DNA of 63,982 nucleotides, filler included, from Dimargaris cristalligena (lineage: Eukaryota), in NCBI GenBank assembly GCA_003614675.1. It is 5 parts of 5 records of this genome, joined end to end, with 100 filler letters (N's around TTAATTAATTAA, not from the genome) between each part and the next. Parts side by side here need not be neighbours in the genome. Positions count along the whole stretch, not along the records: positions 13,342 to 26,576 come from ML003000.1; 4 more parts are not named here. One strand, given 5' to 3'. Position numbers and translations under genes: made by a program. Under the pieces are notes generated by a model. The model searched no databases. It was not told where the DNA came from and worked only from the letters and a program-made list of their open reading frames with translations. Shown here in pieces: positions 13,860 through 24,969 of the stretch. Each line of letters starts with the position of its first letter. The stretch's first letter is position 1.

Positions 13860-14800
13860 GGTTTCAGGACTTCTGTGGTGGCAGGCAGTTTGGGGGATAC
13901 TCTTGTAGCATTATTGTGCCTCTCATTATCTTGTTCAGTAGTTCATTTCTCTCCTCGTGTAGGGTGTACTGGGTCTTCAGTCTTGCCATCATGCTTTTAA
14001 TATCTGGCAATGGGTACAGATGGTCAGCTTGTGTGAACTCATTGTTATCCACAGTGGTGATATGCATGAATGTCTCCACTAGTAGTCCTTGGTTGCCACC
14101 TCATTGTGCTTTGTTTTATGCTGTTGTCCTCAGTTTGGTTGGGGTCTCCTCTGTTTAGGTTATGTGAGAGAGTGAGGGCTAGCCAGTTGAGGTTGTAGCC
14201 TCCTACCAACAACTCTACCTCTGACTCTGTATCTATTACAGCCATTCTAATCCACCACCTTCTTGTCAACTCTTCTGTAATGAACAGTCCCTGGGCTGTA
14301 CTGTGCATGACCAGTTGGTGTTTGCCACTGTATGTATGTAAGTTTGGCCATATGCCCTGGTTTATTTTCAGTCCCAGTCACTGCACGCAGCAGTCACCAG
14401 TGTGTTCTAATGTTTTCAGTGGTGTTGGATTCAGGGCTAATTGCTGGTTTATTGTGATTCATGGCTGCTACCTCGGTGTAATTCTTCACCACATCTACTC
14501 TTTTCCTGCCTTCTTCAGTGCCACTATTTCTGCCTGCAATTTGGCCACCATTCTTCTCTGTCATTCTCACTTTTGTTGGGCCTTCAACCCAGTTGGGCCC
14601 GTTCCCTGCTGCCCTGTCTTGTAGGGTCGTCTGCAGGCTCATCTTTCAATGCTTCCATTGAACTGGGGTCTAGCTGTCAGGCTTCCTCAATGATACTGGT
14701 ATTCAGTGCTGTACAAGGGGTGTGTGCGGGGGCAGCCTTGGGGGTGATTTACCATAGGTGGAGTTCCGAGTGGGGAGGAGAGAGTAGGCTAACCAGCTAA
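13860..14800 (-). mobile_element. Degenerate Ty3/Gypsy-like LTR retrotransposon remnant
   Basis: ADHLYPLPDIKSMM resembles the Gypsy RT D.YPLP.I motif; upstream fragments are gag-like. Fragmented and nearly CpG-free. Boundaries approximate. Confidence 0.5.
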
Positions 14801-15559
14801 CTAGTAAGGTATAAATTAGAATTTTATTGAAATATGTTAAACCCAGACTTCCGGTTAGTTTGGCAGGTTTTATATGTCCTAGGTTGGTTTCTCTGGCTCA
14901 GTCGAACCAGCTATCATACACACTGCATTGGGCGGGGGATCCTGAGAGGGGGAGTTGCGTGATACACTCGGGTCTCAGGAGGTTCCTTGGTCTAGCTGTT
15001 GCACTACCACACCAAACACTCTCTTTCATTTTACGTCTTACTACAAAAACCTACTCACCACCACACATAAATTCCTACCACCCCACTGCCTATTGTTTAG
15101 CTGTGATTCCCCCAGCCTCGTTTCTCCCCAGATCTCCAGTGACCTACCTTGAGTTTTTCAGTCTACATTCAGGGATTGTGCAGCGGCTGTTTATTACTGG
15201 TTTATCCGGTCCATCCACTCAAGCGGGTACTGCCACAGCGTCGCTGAACAGCGGACAATCCTCGAAAAGCAATGTCCGTAAATCGTAAGTAACACTCAAT
15301 GTAGCTCTAGTCTGTCGGTCAACAGATAGCTCCACTAGGATGACGTCAATAAAACCGGTGGTAAATAGATCGTTTGCCTTAAGAAGGGTATCGCCATGTT
15401 GGCAGCTTGAACTTCACTAACTGCTCATTCCAACCTCCAGTTGCAATACCCCTGCCGAAAGGAGATCACTTGGCGAGAGTGGGTAATTGCTTTAGAAACC
15501 ATATCTTAAATCAATGACCCCTTGGTGCTAATGCCGGACATGATCGAATTAAAGACACA

Positions 15560-15930
15560 TCATGGGGAGCACAAGTATTGGCCAAACTGTTGCCTGCTTT
15601 AGATGAGTCCGTTCTGGATGGGTTGGTAGCGGAATTAAATGGAAATGTGTCCCAAATGCGTGGTTTCCACGACGACGACCCATGCAATCGAGTCCACCCA
15701 GTTCCGGGATGCGTTTTTCAGTAGAAAAGGATGTATGCTAATCGAATTCAACCATACTATTACAAAACCCCTGGCGCTCGCAGGTAAACATTACCGTGCG
15801 GGTTTGTCGAACAACTGCTCCCTAAGACATGGCCTATCGTATTCTTTCACGGCGACTTAGCTCCACGCAATATAATTATTAACAAAGGGCGTATTGTGGC
15901 AATCATCGACTGGGATTATACTGGTTCGAT
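15560..15930 (+). pseudogene. APH/phosphotransferase-family kinase pseudogene
   Basis: Manual translation: ...LAKLLPALDESVLDGLVAELNGNVSQMRGF... and, after frameshifts, FVEQLLPKTWPIVFFHGDLAPRNIIINKGRIVAIIDWDYTG (HGD at 15848, DW at 15908). The 5' part is too decayed to delimit. Confidence 0.75.
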
Positions 15931-16137
15931 ATAGCTGCACGAGTATTCGGGCGTTACGACACCGAGTTTTCATTATTCAGCCTAGCTCTACACGGTGTAT
16001 TCTGACTATGCTGTAGAAGATGTTCCTCCTCCACCGGCCCAGGACCATATCCCATGCTCACAGGCAAAAGGCTTTCCCGATCTTGGCTAAGGTATATCAC
16101 TTTCTTCGTTATTATCTGGTTATTTAAAAAATACGGG

Positions 16138-17222
16138 TCATTGTGAGCGGAGGCGAGCGTCATCAATATCGCGGATTGTCGTGTCCATCAATGTTATTGT
16201 TACCTCGTACATGTCCATAAGGTGCTTAATTTTCTCCTGGTCTGTGTGGATACGACACACTCGACCCCCATTGATCGAATAGGCCTTACATGGCGAATCC
16301 TTTCGCGTGAGTGCGGAACACCATGGATAGAATACTGCCGAGAAATCTGGACTAACTTGACGTAATTTTGTTCGGAATAATCTCTCGGTCACAACGGTCG
16401 CAAACTCTTCGCGCATGGATTCCGGTAAGCGGTCAATCAGACTCTGCACCTTGTCGGAGCGTTCATAATACTGGTAAATAAGTTTGATAGCCATGTCCTT
16501 TTGCTCGATGGTACTGGACCGACTGGCCAGAATGTCCTGCAACTGTCTCTTATATGCCGAGTTTCGCAGCCGGACTCCCATTGACGCCATGCGCTCTACA
16601 ATCCCCCTTGATTGTACATTTGGCATTCGAACCTTTTCTAGATTTTCCCGGAGACAACCGTGGGTAGAGCAAAAAGGGTCTTCGTATGTGCCATTTGGAC
16701 AATCGGAATGCTGGCAGAGATGGACTGTCTGTTGATCATTCAGACTCGAGGCCAGTCCGCCGAATGTAACTTCATGGGTTTAGCATTCTCGAGAGCAGAT
16801 GCCTAGAACGTCTGACAGTCTGTTTGGTCAATTTCCTGCAAATGGGTGATATACGTGGCATATGGAACACTGGGTAAACTAGGGTTGTCGTGATACTGCT
16901 CGAAGAGCTCTTTGCGAATGATATTCACCGGCCAGGCAGGTGTGGTTATCTGGTTTAAGAGAATACAATATATGCCGAGTCTAGGGTATCGGCTAGGGGT
17001 GCACATCTTGTTTCGGGTGGCCCGGCCATTCGCGTTCTCGAGCAATGCCTTACGGCCCTGGCTGCCTAGCATTTCGAATTCGATCTGTTCGAGTCTTACA
17101 TGCACATTGAGATCCGAAATCACACTCGAGGTCCTTCTTCAACGCACTTTAAATCCGGCGGTCAGAACTATCCGTCACCAGAGGCTTACGAGTGTTTTAT
17201 GATTTGGTGTTAGAGTAGTCAT
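16138..17222 (-). pseudogene. Disrupted gene of unknown function with Cys/His (putative Zn-binding) motifs
   Basis: ATG at 17222 is in frame with ORF 17123-16803, with two TGA in between. After a frameshift near 16810 and one TAA it continues into CQHSDCPNGTYEDPFCSTHGC and ORF 16626-16138, which carries CSALTRKDSPCKAYSINGGRVCRIH. Confidence 0.55.
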
Positions 17223-17400
17223 ATAAATAGCGGTCAGTTGAGAAAAGGGGGTGGGACGGGTTGTTGCAACATCTCGAGCTGTTTTAGAAATAATGAACGA
17301 AGTGAATGTTAAGCCTCAGACTGTTTCGCAGCTCGTACTGATACCGGGGAAAGGGACAGTCAGAAACCCAAAAGAGCATCGCTACCCGTAGAGCGTTATG

Positions 17401-18129
17401 TTAAGAACATTTACACGTGTACGCCTTGCATCGATGACACCTCTCCCGCAGCGTGTTCACCAGGATCTGTAGATAGAGCTTGATGGACATCGGTTTATCA
17501 TCCAACTTGGTCTCGGTCAGTAGGATGAGTTCGCTCAGTTGGTTGATATGAGTGGGGTAGGGGTTGGCTATGATTATCTCAGTTTCATTTAATGTGTAAT
17601 TGACAAACTCCGGGGTCCAGTTTAGAAACTCCCAATCGATAATGTATATCCGACCCCGTCGATTTATAAGAATGTTGTCGGTAACTAGATCATTGTGCGA
17701 TAATACAAGTCTATATTCACGGAAATCGATTCGATTGTAGACAAAGTCGATATAATGGACGTCTTCTAATGGCAGATATTGTTTAATCCGACGTCTATAC
17801 ATATCCATGACTTCTACAATATCGTTGTTGTTGTAGTGCAGATAAAACATTTTGTTGATTTCATCTCTAGCCTGCTCCATGTCGGTAATTGGAACTGCGT
17901 CCTGGAAAAACCTAGTAATGACGTATTGTTGATTATACTCCACCACCTCCTCACAAGCCACTCCTCGCTCGTATAACTCCAGCAGGCTCTGACCAATAAA
18001 TGCGGCATTGTCGTACTTTCGGACCACGTATTGCTGATTAACAATATAACACCCCCGACCTTGGTTGGATTTCTGGACATACGTGACAACGGGTAACGCC
18101 TTAATGGTATTCATCTTCGACCAGTCCAT
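17401..18129 (-). CDS. APH/choline-kinase-fold phosphotransferase, intronless
   Basis: Intact 242-aa ORF with Brenner-type LVLSHNDLVTDNILI and IYIIDWEF motifs; C-terminal CHRCKAYTCKC. Confidence 0.75.
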   Translation of the reverse strand: MDWSKMNTIKALPVVTYVQKSNQGRGCYIVNQQYVVRKYDNAAFIGQSLLELYERGVACEEVVEYNQQYVITRFFQDAVPITDMEQARDEINKMFYLHYNNNDIVEVMDMYRRRIKQYLPLEDVHYIDFVYNRIDFREYRLVLSHNDLVTDNILINRRGRIYIIDWEFLNWTPEFVNYTLNETEIIIANPYPTHINQLSELILLTETKLDDKPMSIKLYLQILVNTLRERCHRCKAYTCKCS

Positions 18130-19036
18130 CGTGACTGGTGGATATATAATTGATATGTAATATCGGGGATGACGAGTGACAACAGGCCCCAGGCCAGGTG
18201 GGTGAAGTATTTACCTCAAATTACGAAGATGCACGCTATGCTCTCGGACCCGGACACTGGACTCACACTATGGGCCGTACTTCAAGGAGCGCAGGCTATA
18301 CCGGACGAAGCAAAATGGCTGTGGCACACGGACGACAGGGACAGACCAACAAGGATAGCGGAATGGGCCTTAGCATAGGCCAAGGAAAGAGAATGCAAAC
18401 CCGAAGACGAGCGATGGAGAAGGTGAATAAGAATGTGATGAGAAGATGGGAGGGGTTCGTTAGTTATGGTAAAAGTGGTACCTAAGAAAGTGATGAATAA
18501 GTGAACGAGGGGAGCCCTTCCATCGATTACTTGACCAGGTGATATTAGTGCCCCCTCCTACCACACGCCTTCAGACCCATATCACACTCCCCGCCCCCCC
18601 GAATAGGATATGCCCCTACCCTTCTCCCCATTACTATCTAGCCTGGATGGCAAATTCCCACACTTTACTCTGTATTTCACAATAGCCCTACACTTTTCTA
18701 TGGCATTACAAATTATCCTACCGTGAAATGGTACCTTGCTGCCACCTAAGTCTTAGAAGAAATTTGTACATTTACGAAGTTTAGGGCCCATTACCCCTGC
18801 TTCAACTCTTGATTTCAATATAGTAATTGACCGCCGCTTTAGCGCGGTCTAGAGCTATTATTTCCTGTGGGAATAATAACCCTCCACTCCCATTCCCTTG
18901 GCTTTTCTCTTGCGAACTTGATGGTGAAAATCCTCAGAATAGGGAGGATACTTGCCCTTTTATTATCATTTTCCCTAAAAAAGAGGGGAAACAATTTACT
19001 TGAAAAATTTGGTTCGATAACCAATATAATGATGGA

Positions 19037-19197
19037 TAATAGGGCGATTACCCCTTCTATCATGGGAATCGACGGCTCCTAAAGCCGCGACTTGCTTTAT
19101 TTAGTAATTTTTCCGAGGCCCCTATATGCCCTCGGGTATATATGGCAGGCCTCACCCGCCCCGGTAGTGCTATAGGCCCTTTTCAAGGCCGGGACTT
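19037..19197. repeat. DIRS 3' inverted terminal repeat
   Basis: Reverse complement of about 23481-23630. Confidence 0.9.
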
Positions 19198-19339
19198 AAG
19201 CCCAGAAAAACAATTAATAAGATGGGGACGGGCTCGATGAAGTAATTCGCTAATTATAATAATAAAATAATGAATTTCAATGATAGAATAATACTAGTTC
19301 GATAATTGGTTAGTTTGCTAATAATTAGGGTGGGATTCG

Positions 19340-19414
19340 ATGATAGAAGGGGTAATCGCCCTATTAAACGTCGCAGGCTTGTTTAATCGTTATTACCCCT
19401 TCTATCATGGGAAT
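19340..19414. repeat. DIRS internal complementary region (ICR)
   Basis: gatagaaggggtaatcgccctatta is the reverse complement of the element end at 19037; the adjacent aacgtcgcaggcttgtttaatcg... is the reverse complement of the end at 23655. Confidence 0.9.
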
Positions 19415-20260
19415 AATTCATCAGGACCGATCGGGCCACATTCTTATGCGAAGTTGGCCGGTTGTAATAGTCCATAAATGTAGTCCAGACGCGCCAATTT
19501 GCCGCTTTCATAATCTTTTCTTGGCTAAACCCGAGTTGGTAGGCCGCTGTAGACGCGGCAGCCCGAATGGAATGGGCCGAAAAGACGTTGGTATCGATCT
19601 GGGCCTCCTGTAACAGGGATTTGATCCAGTTACCCAGAGTATCCTCCGACGCCATATGGCCCCGCTTGGTAATGAATAGGGCCTGTTCTCTAGGTTGGCA
19701 GAATGTATAGGACTTGTCAATGTAAAACCGGGTATTACGGACCAGGCATAGTCGGGAACTATCTTCCAAGGCCTGGATGTTGATCGATTTTCGTTTACCC
19801 TCTTTGATATGGTACGCCGTAATCGTCATGACCTCAGGCTAGCCACTCTCCTGGTGAAAAGTTACAGAATCCAGGGTTACTCGGGCAAAATCACTATGTG
19901 GTCACCACATGGTTGTTAGACACAGTATAGCCAAGACTTTCTGGCAGAGTCGGTGCCACAGCAATGCATCATTATCCGGAAGGTTGGCCAAATGGTCAAT
20001 AAGCTGTTCCACCCACCAGATGGGGGGTTTCTCAGTAGGCCACACTAAACGGCCCAAGCTTCGCACAAATAGATTGAGATGGTGGTGTTTTGATACTGGA
20101 TTACCCGGGTACCCGATGTCCCAGGTATAAATAATAGCCGCCTTGTGGAGTTTGATGGTATGGATACTGGCTATTTTGGAAAGTTCAGACAGATAATTTA
20201 ACAGGTTTAAGGCATCCGGTTGGCAATGATTCTTTTGCCAAGATAGGCACCAATGGGCAA
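19383..20260 (-). pseudogene. DIRS tyrosine recombinase (C-terminal 148 aa open, upstream part interrupted)
   Basis: HSIR...W...Y catalytic residues intact. Upstream TTMW*PHSD has TGA at 19902-19904 where a catalytic Arg (W-R-P-x-S-D) is expected. Confidence 0.85.
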
Positions 20261-20768
20261 ACTTTTACCAGGCATACTGGTAGGCCTTATTAGTATTGCT
20301 ACACAGTCCTTGGCAGACACTGGTGGCAATTGCCGGCAAAATACCCTGCAATTTGAGGACTGCCCTGATATCTTCCAGGTGATTAATAGGAGCTGCGGGG
20401 TCGGTAGTAATAGTGGATAATCTACAACTATCGGGAGTAGGTGAGGAAACCAGGATTGGGTCTGCCAATATGGGGTTACTAGGATCAGGGTTAATTTGCA
20501 TTGCAGAACCCGATTGATCACATGGTGGATCTGATTCCATGATAGAAAGGCATAGGCGTTTTCCTGAGGCCAAGGGAATTGAAATGTGTCCTTTGAAGGT
20601 TTCTGCTGGTGGGGATAGAGGTAATAATACTGGGGAAGTTAATGATTGAGAGGACTGGCAAAAAGATTGATCCTCAGTGGCCCCTATTTCAAATTCAGTT
20701 GCCGGAATAATGGGGCTGGGAGTACTAATTCCCAGTAGGCCGGGGTTATCCTGCTCAACTGATTGGCT

Positions 20769-21900
20769 TCAGTATTGTGGTTGCCTGGGATATGCACCAC
20801 CCTTAGAGTTAAATTCTGGTGGGTTAATTTGTTGGAAATCACAAAGGCTAGTGATTGCAGGGCTGGTACTCAAGTACCCCCCTGCCGATTGATATACTTT
20901 AGGACAGTGGTATTGTCTGTCCAAAGTAGTAGGGACTGGTCCCGAATCTGAGCTGGTAGTTGATTGATAGCCAGTTTGACCACCTTGAGTTCCTTCCAGT
21001 TGATGGTTTGTAACTGGTTGGTGGGGGACTAGAGTCCAGCCTGATGGAGGACCAGGCTCACAATCCCATAGCCTGTTTTGGATGCATCTGTGAAGATGGT
21101 TATAGTAGGCAGTGGGTCCTTGTGCAGGGGTTTCCCCGAATTGGTCTGCACTTGTTGGACCCACCATTCTAACTCCAGTTGGGCCCAAGGTTCGATTTGA
21201 ATGGGCTCAGTCCATGTCTGGTTCTGCTGGATCAAGCAGCACTGGAGTTGGTGTAGGTGGATTAGTCCATTGGGTACCACTGGTAGGGCTGAAGTTAGGG
21301 TACCCAAGATGGAGGCCATCTTGCGGGCAGGGACTATTTGGGCTTGCAGTAACCGGCAGCCCCACAGAATTGATTAACATTTCTTATTGGGTAGGAATGT
21401 CCACATCTACTGAGTATCAATGGTCATCCCCAGGAAGTCCATCTGCTGGGTGGGGGTCAGAATTTATTTCTTCCAGTTGATAGGGAACCCCAGGGTTTGT
21501 AGATAACCCAAAACTATGGCCAAATCCTTCTGTACCTGGGTAAATGATGGGGATATAATGGCTATATCACCCAGGTAATAGGACAATACAATTCCCTGGG
21601 CCCAAAGTAGTTCAATGGCAGCCTTCATGACCCAGGAAAAACCCACTGGGGCTGTAGCCAGGCCAAAAGGCAGGGACTGGTACTGGTATACCTGGCCCCG
21701 GCATTGTATGGAAAGGAATAGCCGGGAATCTTGGTAGATAGGGACTTCTAGGTAGGCATCCTTGATATCCACCTTAGTCAAGTAAGCCCCAGGGGTAACC
21801 ATGGAGTTGAGTACAGTTAGACCCTCCATTGTAAACTGGGGAATACAAATGAATTGGTTGATTCAGCATAAATACACTAGTGGTCATCATTTGTCCACTT
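20769..21900 (-). pseudogene. DIRS reverse transcriptase-RNase H (frameshifted)
   Basis: ORF fragments 21829-21464 (RT) and 21319-21029 (RNase H, FTDAS). The YLDD motif is degraded to YLGD. Confidence 0.88.
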
Positions 21901-23480
21901 CCTGTTTCATAAACAGGTTTGAGCAGTAGCCTATAATGGAATGCTGAGTAGGAACTGAATAATCAAGTAAATACTAAGTGGGGTTATTATGAATAAGACA
22001 TATAGTTTAAAATAAGTATTTTATTGAAACATGAAGATCTTTTGGGTATGTGAGTTATTACTTTTATATCTATATCTCTGGTATCTGGGTAGAGTGACTG
22101 CTGTTTGCTGCTTGTTCTGAAGGGGCTGCTATAGTGAGGGAGTTGGGTGGAGCACTCTCATTGGTTGAAATGAGGGATCATCCTAACTCAGGGTTGTCCG
22201 CCCCCTCTGAGGGTTGCAGGCCTCACTGGTCAGTTTTGCCTAGTTCCAGGACCTGTCACTGGCATAATTTGTTGATGACTTTAGTGATCTCTGCCTGGTT
22301 GATGGCTGTAGTATGAAAGGGCTGGGGTATCTCCCATGTGGGGATGGATTTCCATGTCACCTGATACCCGAATTAGATAACCCAGTGCACCCAGGGGTCC
22401 TTAGTTAGTTGGAGCTACTGGGGGTGAAAGTGGGATAAGTAGCCCCTGGGAGCAATCCTGTTGTCTAGTTTCCCATAGTGTTTGGTTATCTGTGGTAGGG
22501 CCACCTGCCCCAGGCCTATTGTGGATTGGTGTTAGTTAGTTGTGATTGGCCAGTCAGTGCTAATCCTGGTCAATAATTTGGGGGACAGCTAGGCTTTCTC
22601 CCTTGGTAGTTTTTTAAACTGGAAAATTTCCCTCGACTACTGAAGTTTTGACTATTTCTAGTCTAGTTGGTGTGCCACTTGAGCAGGCTTTCATTGGCCT
22701 GGCACTGGCTATCTTGGCTTTCTTCTTGATGGATAAACTCAAGGGCTTGGTCCCCAAAGAGGATGTTGGACTACTGGCCAGTGATGGACATGGCCTGGTG
22801 GTGCAGATCATTGGGGATTTGGGTCTGCTGCAGCACATGCTTCTGGCAGTCTTCAGTGGTGATGGTATGGAAATGCACATTGATAATGAACATATACTGG
22901 ATATGTTCCAAGTGTTGTTCAACAGTGATGCACCCATCAGTGACACCACAGGCTGAGAGGGCAAGGGCAGTGAGCCCCTCACAGACTCCTTTGAATTGGC
23001 ACTGGTTTTGTTCTAATAGGGTATTGTAGGCCAATTCTTTGGCCCCCAATTTTTTTGCCGGTGGGATTCCAGTTAGGGTATATACAGCCACTTGTCCAAA
23101 GACTTTGGAGCCCAGTCCACAAGGGTGGTGAGTGTGGGCCCCATAAGGGTATACTGCTTTGGATCCTCAAAGCATGGTTCAGCAATTTCAGACTGGAGTT
23201 CAGACTGGCCCTCATCCAATTGGCAGACAATTCTGATTGGCTGGGAGTGAGTAATCTCTTCCAGCTGTTGGTGTAGTGCAATGATAATTTCTTTGGAGTC
23301 ACCATTGGGTCCATTTTGAGTGGGGTGCTCATGGTCAGTTATAACAGTTTTTAAGGCAGCTTACCAGCTAGATGGATGGAAGGAAAGAATACCCAATTAT
23401 TCAATGTGATAATGGGTAAATATATTTTTATTTAAAAAATAAAGTGAATGAGTATGGTATTAGGCACTGTAAAGACACAG

Positions 23481-23655
23481 AGTCACAGGCTTTAAAAGGG
23501 TCTATAGTACTACTGGGGTGGGTGAGGCCTGCCATATATACCCAAGGGCATATAGGGGCCTCGGAAAAATTACTAAATAAAGCAGGTTGTAGCTTTAGGA
23601 GCCATCAATTCCCATAATAGAAGGGGTAATAATGATTAAACAAGCCTGCGATGTT
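23481..23655. repeat. DIRS 5' inverted terminal repeat
   Basis: Reverse complement of 19048-19197, with an extension complementary to the ICR. Confidence 0.9.
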
Positions 23656-23899
23656 AAAACATATTAATTCCCACTGGGAAAAATGTATCACAATCAAGAA
23701 TAAACCACCTGTCCACACAAACAAGGTGAGTGTTTTATTAGGGAGATATAGTGAAGGAGATATGGCAAAGTAATATAATATTGATAGGAATGAAACCTTT
23801 CTACCCTACGTGCCATGTCTCTCCTAAGCTCCTCACAAGAACCCCATACCCCCACAGCCCTACAGGCTATATATGTATCAGAGGCAGTTAGACACAAAT

Positions 23900-24100
23900 A
23901 GATTTGGGCAGGGCTCTCCAGATGGTGCATGTTGTTCTTGTGGCCTGTTGGGCTTGTCAGTACCCCTGTAGAGTCTCCAGGGTGTGTTGGGGACAAGGAT
24001 GGGGTGGATACCATCAGTGGTCTGGTTGAATGTCCAATTGTATGAATTGTCTGACTGGTGCTAGGTACTCCTAGTGCTACAGTATTAACACTCTCTTGAC
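23900..24100 (-). repeat. Diverged dispersed repeat, homologous to about 32165-32335 (+)
   Basis: Reverse complement gtccccaacacaccctggagactctacaggggtactgacaagcccaa vs gtctccgacgcatcctgaagacactccagggatactgacaggaccaa. Confidence 0.55.
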
Positions 24101-24490
24101 CTCCTGGTGGTTGACACTGGTTAACAGTTGCAATTATATCTACATATAAAGGAAATAGATGTTGAAAGGGAGATCATGTTTCACTACCACTATATTATAT
24201 ATTTACTGTATCTTGTATCTTGTAGCTCAGTCATTAGCCCCCATTAGGTCCAAACACATTAGGTAGCTCAGCTGCAGTTGGCCATCCTCGAAACCCCACC
24301 CCCCAAAGGCTACAGTGAGTCTGTAGTGCCATCCAACATGCCATAGTTAATTGTCAGCAGTAGATATCAAATCCCCCCTATAATTAACCCATCAACCCTA
24401 TGCTTAGCTTGCTTTTATCCTGTCAACATCTATTCTGACAGTTTCCATTACATTGTTACTGTGATTTATCCTTGTAACTCTTTTCTTTTC

Positions 24491-24969
24491 TTTTGTTGCT
24501 AATATATTTCCAACAAATTCATTTACCATTGCTTTTATTTAGTATCCCTTTTATAAAGCAATTGGTGTTCTTATAGTACTTGAATTTGCATATGGGAGTG
24601 GTTCAATAAGGCTGTATAATGAAAGATCCTTTTGATGAGGCAAATACTGCTGGTTGAAAGTAAACATCCCACCGATTTTCCCATATACACCTATCAGTTG
24701 AAACCTTATACAACTGAGCTGAATTTCACCCATATAAATGATGTTGGAATTTTGCAAAGAAAATACAACAGACATCTACCCATTGAAGTTTACATTTCAA
24801 GGAAATCATTTTCAAATCAATATTTATTAGTTGTCAGCCCTCCTAATCCGACTTAATCCAGACTTAATAATTATCCATCCTCATTAAATCTTATAGTACC
24901 ATATTAACCCTCCCATAGTCATCCCTGGTACTATAAGGTCATCACTTATTATATAACCCCACTCATTCT
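24491..24969. repeat. Arm 1 of a near-perfect ~480-bp inverted duplication (arm 2: 26092-26570)
   Basis: Identical 74-aa spurious ORFs on opposite strands; sequences match by eye except for one mismatch near the inner end. Confidence 0.92.
24590..24735. mobile_element. ~145-bp MITE with ~30-bp imperfect TIRs
   Basis: atatgggagtggttcaataaggctgtataa ... ttatacaactgagctgaatttcacccatat; related copies at 26326, 39998, 46164 and 52564. Confidence 0.75.

Larger units (their letters stand above)
19037..23655 (-). mobile_element. DIRS1-like tyrosine-recombinase retrotransposon, full-length but decayed (gag-like, RT, RNase H, MT-like, YR; ITRs + ICR)
   Basis: RT YLTKVDIKDAYLEVPI...SLPFGLATAP...YYLGDI; RNase H TIFTDASKTGYG; MT-like LILVTPYWQTQSWFPHLL; YR FSAHSIRAAAST...ANW..WTTFMDYY. 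Inverted terminal repeats and internal complementary region are both present. Confidence 0.92.
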
